Shown piece after piece: positions 15,772-19,323 of a stretch of DNA of 19,323 nt. Numbering within the stretch: the first letter of the stretch is position 1; each line of letters starts with the position of its first letter. Source of the DNA: Halobacteriaceae archaeon (lineage in GTDB: Archaea > Halobacteriota > Halobacteria > Halobacteriales > Halobacteriaceae); assembly GCA_042216675.1 (NCBI GenBank), contig JBDGTS010000024.1, forward strand, positions 1-19,323, given 5' to 3'. The translations under genes were made by a program, and so were the position numbers. Below the pieces are notes generated by a model. The model was not told the DNA's origin. It saw nothing but the letters and a program-made list of their open reading frames with translations, and did not search any database.

Positions 15772-16424
15772 CCTTCTCGCAGCCGCGTGCCCGTTCGCTC
15801 GGGCAGGCCCGCGTCCCGCACCGCCGCCACGACTGTTTCGACGTCGTATTCGACGCGCCGCGCCTCGACCGACAGGTCTGTGAGGTCCACCAGCGCGTAC
15901 GCCGCCCGCGGGTCGTCGTCGCGCGGTTGCCCGACGCTCCCCGGGTTCAGCACCACGCCGGCGTCGTATGATTCGTGGTGTTGGACGTGCGTGTGGCCCA
16001 TCACCAACACGTCCTCGTCGCCGAGGAGGCGGGGGCCGAACTCGTGGGGGCGGGTGTAGTGGTCCGGGTCGTCGGGGTGACCGTGGACCACCTTCAGGCG
16101 CCCCTCGAAGAGGGTCCGCTCCGTCGGCAGGCCGGCCAGCCACGTTCGCTGGCCGTCGGTCAGTTGCTCGCGGGCGTACTCGACGCCGGCGGCGGCCATG
16201 TGGTTCCCGCGGAAGTTCCCCGACCCGACGACCATCCGGTCGTGGTTGCCCTGCACCGTCGGAATCTCTCGCTCACGCATCTCGGCGACGCACTCGGCCG
16301 GCCACGGATTGTACCCCACCACGTCGCCCGCGTTCACGATCGCGTCCACCGACGGCATGTCGTCGAGAACGGCCTCCAGCGCCACCCGGTTGGCGTGGAC
16401 GTCCGAGATGACGCCGACGAGCAT
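15765..16424 (-). CDS. Metallophosphoesterase (YfcE/MJ0936-like)
   Basis: SDVHAN, GDVVGY, GNHD, VHG, GHTH and NPGSVGQPRD. Confidence 0.93.
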   Translation of the reverse strand: MLVGVISDVHANRVALEAVLDDMPSVDAIVNAGDVVGYNPWPAECVAEMREREIPTVQGNHDRMVVGSGNFRGNHMAAAGVEYAREQLTDGQRTWLAGLPTERTLFEGRLKVVHGHPDDPDHYTRPHEFGPRLLGDEDVLVMGHTHVQHHESYDAGVVLNPGSVGQPRDDDPRAAYALVDLTDLSVEARRVEYDVETVVAAVRDAGLPERTGTRLREGY

Positions 16425-17009
16425 CTATTCGTTGACGACGGCCGTCTCCACGTCGCCGTTCACGCGGACGCCCGCGGCGCAGACCCGATGCTCGAAGTCC
16501 GCGTCGTAGACGGTCCGTGCGGCGTCTTCGGCCGTGGCGGCCGGCAGGTCGAACGCCTCGGGGCGATCTTTCTCGTAGGTGGCGACGAGCGTGGGTTCGT
16601 CGACCTCCTCCACGAGGAGGGCGTCGCGGCGCACCGTGCCGATGGTGGCCGTCTCGGCCCCGACGACGCCCGCGATGCGGGGCGTGTCGTAGTCGTCTTT
16701 CTCGTAGTCGAGTGCGAGGAGGCTCTCCGCGAGGGCGTCCCGGGCGGGGTATCCCAGCCCCACCTTCTCCGCGATGGGGTCGACGTGACTCCCGTTGCCC
16801 ACGACGGCGACGGGGCCGCCCGCCGGCGGTTCCACCTCTCGGACGCAGTTGTAGGAGATGTAGGGGTTGTCCGTCTCCGGGGCGTCTTCGGTAGGGGTGA
16901 CGGTCAGCGTGTCCCCGCGCGCGACGATTCGGCGGTTCGGGAACGACCGGGACGAGACGCGGTAGGCGCCCAGTCCGGGGCCGACGACGATGAAGCGACC
17001 GACGTACAT
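16425..17009 (-). CDS. purO: Archaeal IMP cyclohydrolase
   Basis: [47 protein letters not shown] and ATYE. TATAAG at 17034-17039. Confidence 0.95.
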   Translation of the reverse strand: MYVGRFIVVGPGLGAYRVSSRSFPNRRIVARGDTLTVTPTEDAPETDNPYISYNCVREVEPPAGGPVAVVGNGSHVDPIAEKVGLGYPARDALAESLLALDYEKDDYDTPRIAGVVGAETATIGTVRRDALLVEEVDEPTLVATYEKDRPEAFDLPAATAEDAARTVYDADFEHRVCAAGVRVNGDVETAVVNE

Positions 17010-17195
17010 GTCCGGTGGTCGGACGCTTCGGTGCTTATACGTGGCGGTCGCCCACGGACGCCAACCGCTAGCCCGCCCGAGCGTCCGACGCGGCCGCGTG
17101 GCTCGCCGTCGCCGACACCGCGGGTGGATTCACCGGCCGCTGACGGCCCGAACGCGCAACGCTTACAAGGGGCTACCGACTACGGAGAGGTGCGC

Positions 17196-17268
17196 AGTCC
17201 CATGGGGTAGCGGCCAATCCTGAAGCCTTCTGGGGGCTTCGACCCAGGTTCGAATCCTGGTGGGACTA
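17196..17268 (+). tRNA. tRNA-Gln (anticodon CTG), intron-less, CCA not encoded
   Basis: Acceptor stem AGTCCCA/TGGGACT plus discriminator A (A1-U72 pair typical of archaeal tRNA-Gln). Anticodon arm AAGCC-TTCTGGG-GGCTT and T arm CCAGG-TTCGAAT-CCTGG. TTACAAG box at 17163-17169. Confidence 0.97.
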
Positions 17269-17332
17269 CTTCTCGCCGTCAATTTTCGCCTGAGAGCGGG
17301 ACGCTTTATTCGCTTGTGAACCAATCACAAGC

Positions 17333-18070
17333 GTGCCGGGACGGTCACGAACCGCGCTACTCCGACGGCCCCTCCTGCGGCCGCTCACGGCGTTCGTCGG
17401 CGTCGTCGTCGCCGGCGTGGCCGGATTCAGCGCCCTCGCGGGTGTCGGTCCGGTGGAGGCGCTGTTCTGGCTCGTCGACCCGTCGAGCATCGCGGTCCAC
17501 TTCCGCCGGCACGGCGGGCCCGGAACGCTGACGAAGGGGTACGCCGTCGTCGTCACGTCGGCGCTCGTGGTCGCCAGCCTCTGGTTCGGCGAAACGGTCC
17601 TCTCGGCGACGTTCGGCGGCACGATAGCACGGGAGTTCAGAGCGATGCACGCGAAACGGACCATCGAGCGCCTCGACGGCCACGTCGTCATCTGTGGCTA
17701 CGGCACGTTCGGTCGGACTGTCGCCGAGCGACTTGACGCCGCGGGCCGCGACGTGGTCGTCGTCGAGGCCGACGACGCGCAGTATCGAGACGCGATGGAC
17801 GCCGACCACCTCACGGTGCAGGGAGACGCCAGACGGCCCGAGACACTCACCGAGGCCGGAATCGAGCGCGCGTCGGCGGCTGTCGGTGCCGTCGACGACT
17901 CCAACGTCAACATCTAGATCGCCATCGCGACCCGCCAACTCGCGCCCGACCTGCATCTCGTCGTCCGCATCGGCGACGAGGCGTACGAGACGCTCGCTCG
18001 CCACGCCGGGGCCGACGAGGTCATCGTCCCCGAAGTCGTCAGCGGCGAACGGGTGACGGACGCCCTCTGA
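17333..18070 (+). pseudogene. TrkA-N/RCK (K+ channel-like) membrane protein interrupted by an in-frame TAG at 17915-17917
   Basis: Two TM segments plus HVVICGYGTFG and GDA...TL.EAGIERA...DDSNVNI. After the TAG the same frame continues IAIATRQLAPDLHLVVRIGDEAYETLARHAGADEVIVPEVVSGERVTDAL to TGA 18068-18070, completing the RCK domain. Confidence 0.8.
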
Positions 18071-18835
18071 TCACAGCGTCGCCGCGTAGTCGTCTATCTC
18101 CGCGACGTACTCCCGGTCGTACGTCCACGCGCCCCGCCACTCGTTGTCATCCGTTTTCACCGCCACGAGCGCCGCGTGGCCCGGTCCCCCTTCGGGCGGC
18201 CGGTACACGACGCACCACGAGTCCCGATACGGGGCGCTAGCCCCCTCGTGGACGACGAGGTCCGAGTCCGGGGGCGGCGACCAGTTGTCCGCGCGGCCGT
18301 ACACGTGGAAGTCGAGGTCGGCGTCGGTGAGTTGGTGGTACACCTCGCGGGTCCCGCGCTCGTCGTCGATGCGGGAGAGCCGCTGGAACAGGGTACGAAT
18401 CGTCCCCTCACCGCCGTCGAGGGCGCGCCGCTCGACGTGGCGGGAGATGACCGTCAGGAGCAGTTTCTCCTTGTTCGAGGCGGGGTAGCCTCGCACCTCG
18501 AACACCGTCTCGTCGAGTGCCGTCAGCACCTCCGGCACGCCGTCCTCGAACCCGGTGGTGCCGGTCCGAAAGCTGTCGCTGTTGATGGTCAGAAACGACT
18601 CCATCAGCGACTCCAGCGACGACGTGGCCACCACGTCGCCGTCCTCGACCACCACGACGACGTCCTCGGCGTCCGAGGGAACCTCGACGTCTTCGACTGC
18701 GACTGGTTGGTCAGTGAACGCCTCGGAGACGAGGTTCTGGACCGGCTCCGGCTGAGTCCAATTGATGGTACAGACGGTTCGTTCGGGGGCCTCGAATCGG
18801 TCGAGCCACCGCTCGAAGCCCGTCTCCGATGACAT
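18071..18835 (-). CDS. DICT sensory domain-containing protein
   Basis: KLLL..ISRHVERRAL..G.G.....FQRLSR...E...R.VY..L......HVYG, SWCVVY and W.G.WTYD match the haloarchaeal DICT pattern. Confidence 0.85.
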   Translation of the reverse strand: MSSETGFERWLDRFEAPERTVCTINWTQPEPVQNLVSEAFTDQPVAVEDVEVPSDAEDVVVVVEDGDVVATSSLESLMESFLTINSDSFRTGTTGFEDGVPEVLTALDETVFEVRGYPASNKEKLLLTVISRHVERRALDGGEGTIRTLFQRLSRIDDERGTREVYHQLTDADLDFHVYGRADNWSPPPDSDLVVHEGASAPYRDSWCVVYRPPEGGPGHAALVAVKTDDNEWRGAWTYDREYVAEIDDYAATL

Positions 18836-18911
18836 CGGCCAAATCCACGGTACCCCGGCGTAAAGCGCTTATGTCCGGCCATTTATGTCTCCGGCGGCGG
18901 TATTCTCGACG

Positions 18912-19323
18912 ATGGCGGCGTACACAATCCGATACGACGTGGATGCAACGTTCGAGGAGGCCGTGGCCGCGACGCAGGACGCCCTCGCCGACGAGGGCTT
19001 CGGCGTCCTCTGTGACATCGACGTGCAGGCGACGCTTCGGGAGAAACTCGACGCGGACTTCCGTCAGTACCGCATTCTCGGCGCCTGCAACCCGCCGCTG
19101 GCCCACGAGGGGATGTCCGCCGAACTCGAACTCGGGGCGCTGCTCCCCTGCAACGTCATCGTCTTCGAGACGGACGAGGGCGGCGTGGGCGTCAGCGCCG
19201 TTGACCCGCGCGTGTTGCTCTCTGTCGTCCCAAACGACGACCTCGATCCGGTGGCCGAATCGGTTGCGGAGTCGATGGAAACCGCGCTCCAGTCGCTTCC
19301 CGGCGCCGAATCCGCCGCGGAGT
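18912..19323 (+). CDS. DUF302 domain protein; stop lies beyond the window end
   Basis: Not in the ORF track; translated by hand: MAAYTIRYDVDATFEEAV...EGFGVLCDIDVQATLREKL...YRILGACNPPLA...GALLPCNVIV...VSAVDP. TTTATG at 18882-18887. Confidence 0.9.
   Translation, partial: MAAYTIRYDVDATFEEAVAATQDALADEGFGVLCDIDVQATLREKLDADFRQYRILGACNPPLAHEGMSAELELGALLPCNVIVFETDEGGVGVSAVDPRVLLSVVPNDDLDPVAESVAESMETALQSLPGAESAAE

Noticed and set aside
17915-17917. Genome-wide TAG recoding (pyrrolysine or Gln)
   Set aside because: TAG ends many conserved genes here at plausible C-termini (cdc6, oapB, oapC, purO, CDF). No pyl genes are in the window, and the tRNA anticodon is CTG, not CTA.
17269-19323. Integrative element downstream of tRNA-Gln
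   Set aside because: The genes look accessory, but no integrase, transposase or duplicated tRNA 3' end is visible in the window. It cannot be excluded beyond the edge.

Overview
High-GC haloarchaeal (Halobacteria-like) chromosomal window spanning the main replication origin oriC1. The order is: divergent rhodanese pair, AI-2E transporter, SAM methyltransferase, CDF transporter, DUF2391-type membrane protein, degenerate KaiC/RecA-like protein, conserved hypothetical protein, 28-aa membrane microprotein, MATE, oapCBA (arvCBA), oriC1 (ORBs plus DUE), orc1/cdc6, sec11, polD1 (DP1), GNAT-like protein, lysC, metallophosphoesterase, purO, tRNA-Gln(CTG), TrkA-N membrane protein interrupted by an in-frame TAG, DICT protein and DUF302 (partial). 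Most of this is conserved core genome, and I see no mobile element, CRISPR array or defence system. The most interesting signals are DNA-level: (1) a near-perfect origin recognition box inside the polD1 coding sequence, (2) a perfect G-quadruplex motif and a CTAG cluster at the DUE, (3) an unlisted translationally coupled microprotein, (4) a leader uORF overlapping lysC, (5) an amber codon in an otherwise intact gene next to tRNA-Gln, and (6) repeated operator-like boxes between the rhodaneses. Family assignments come from motif recognition only; no searches were run.
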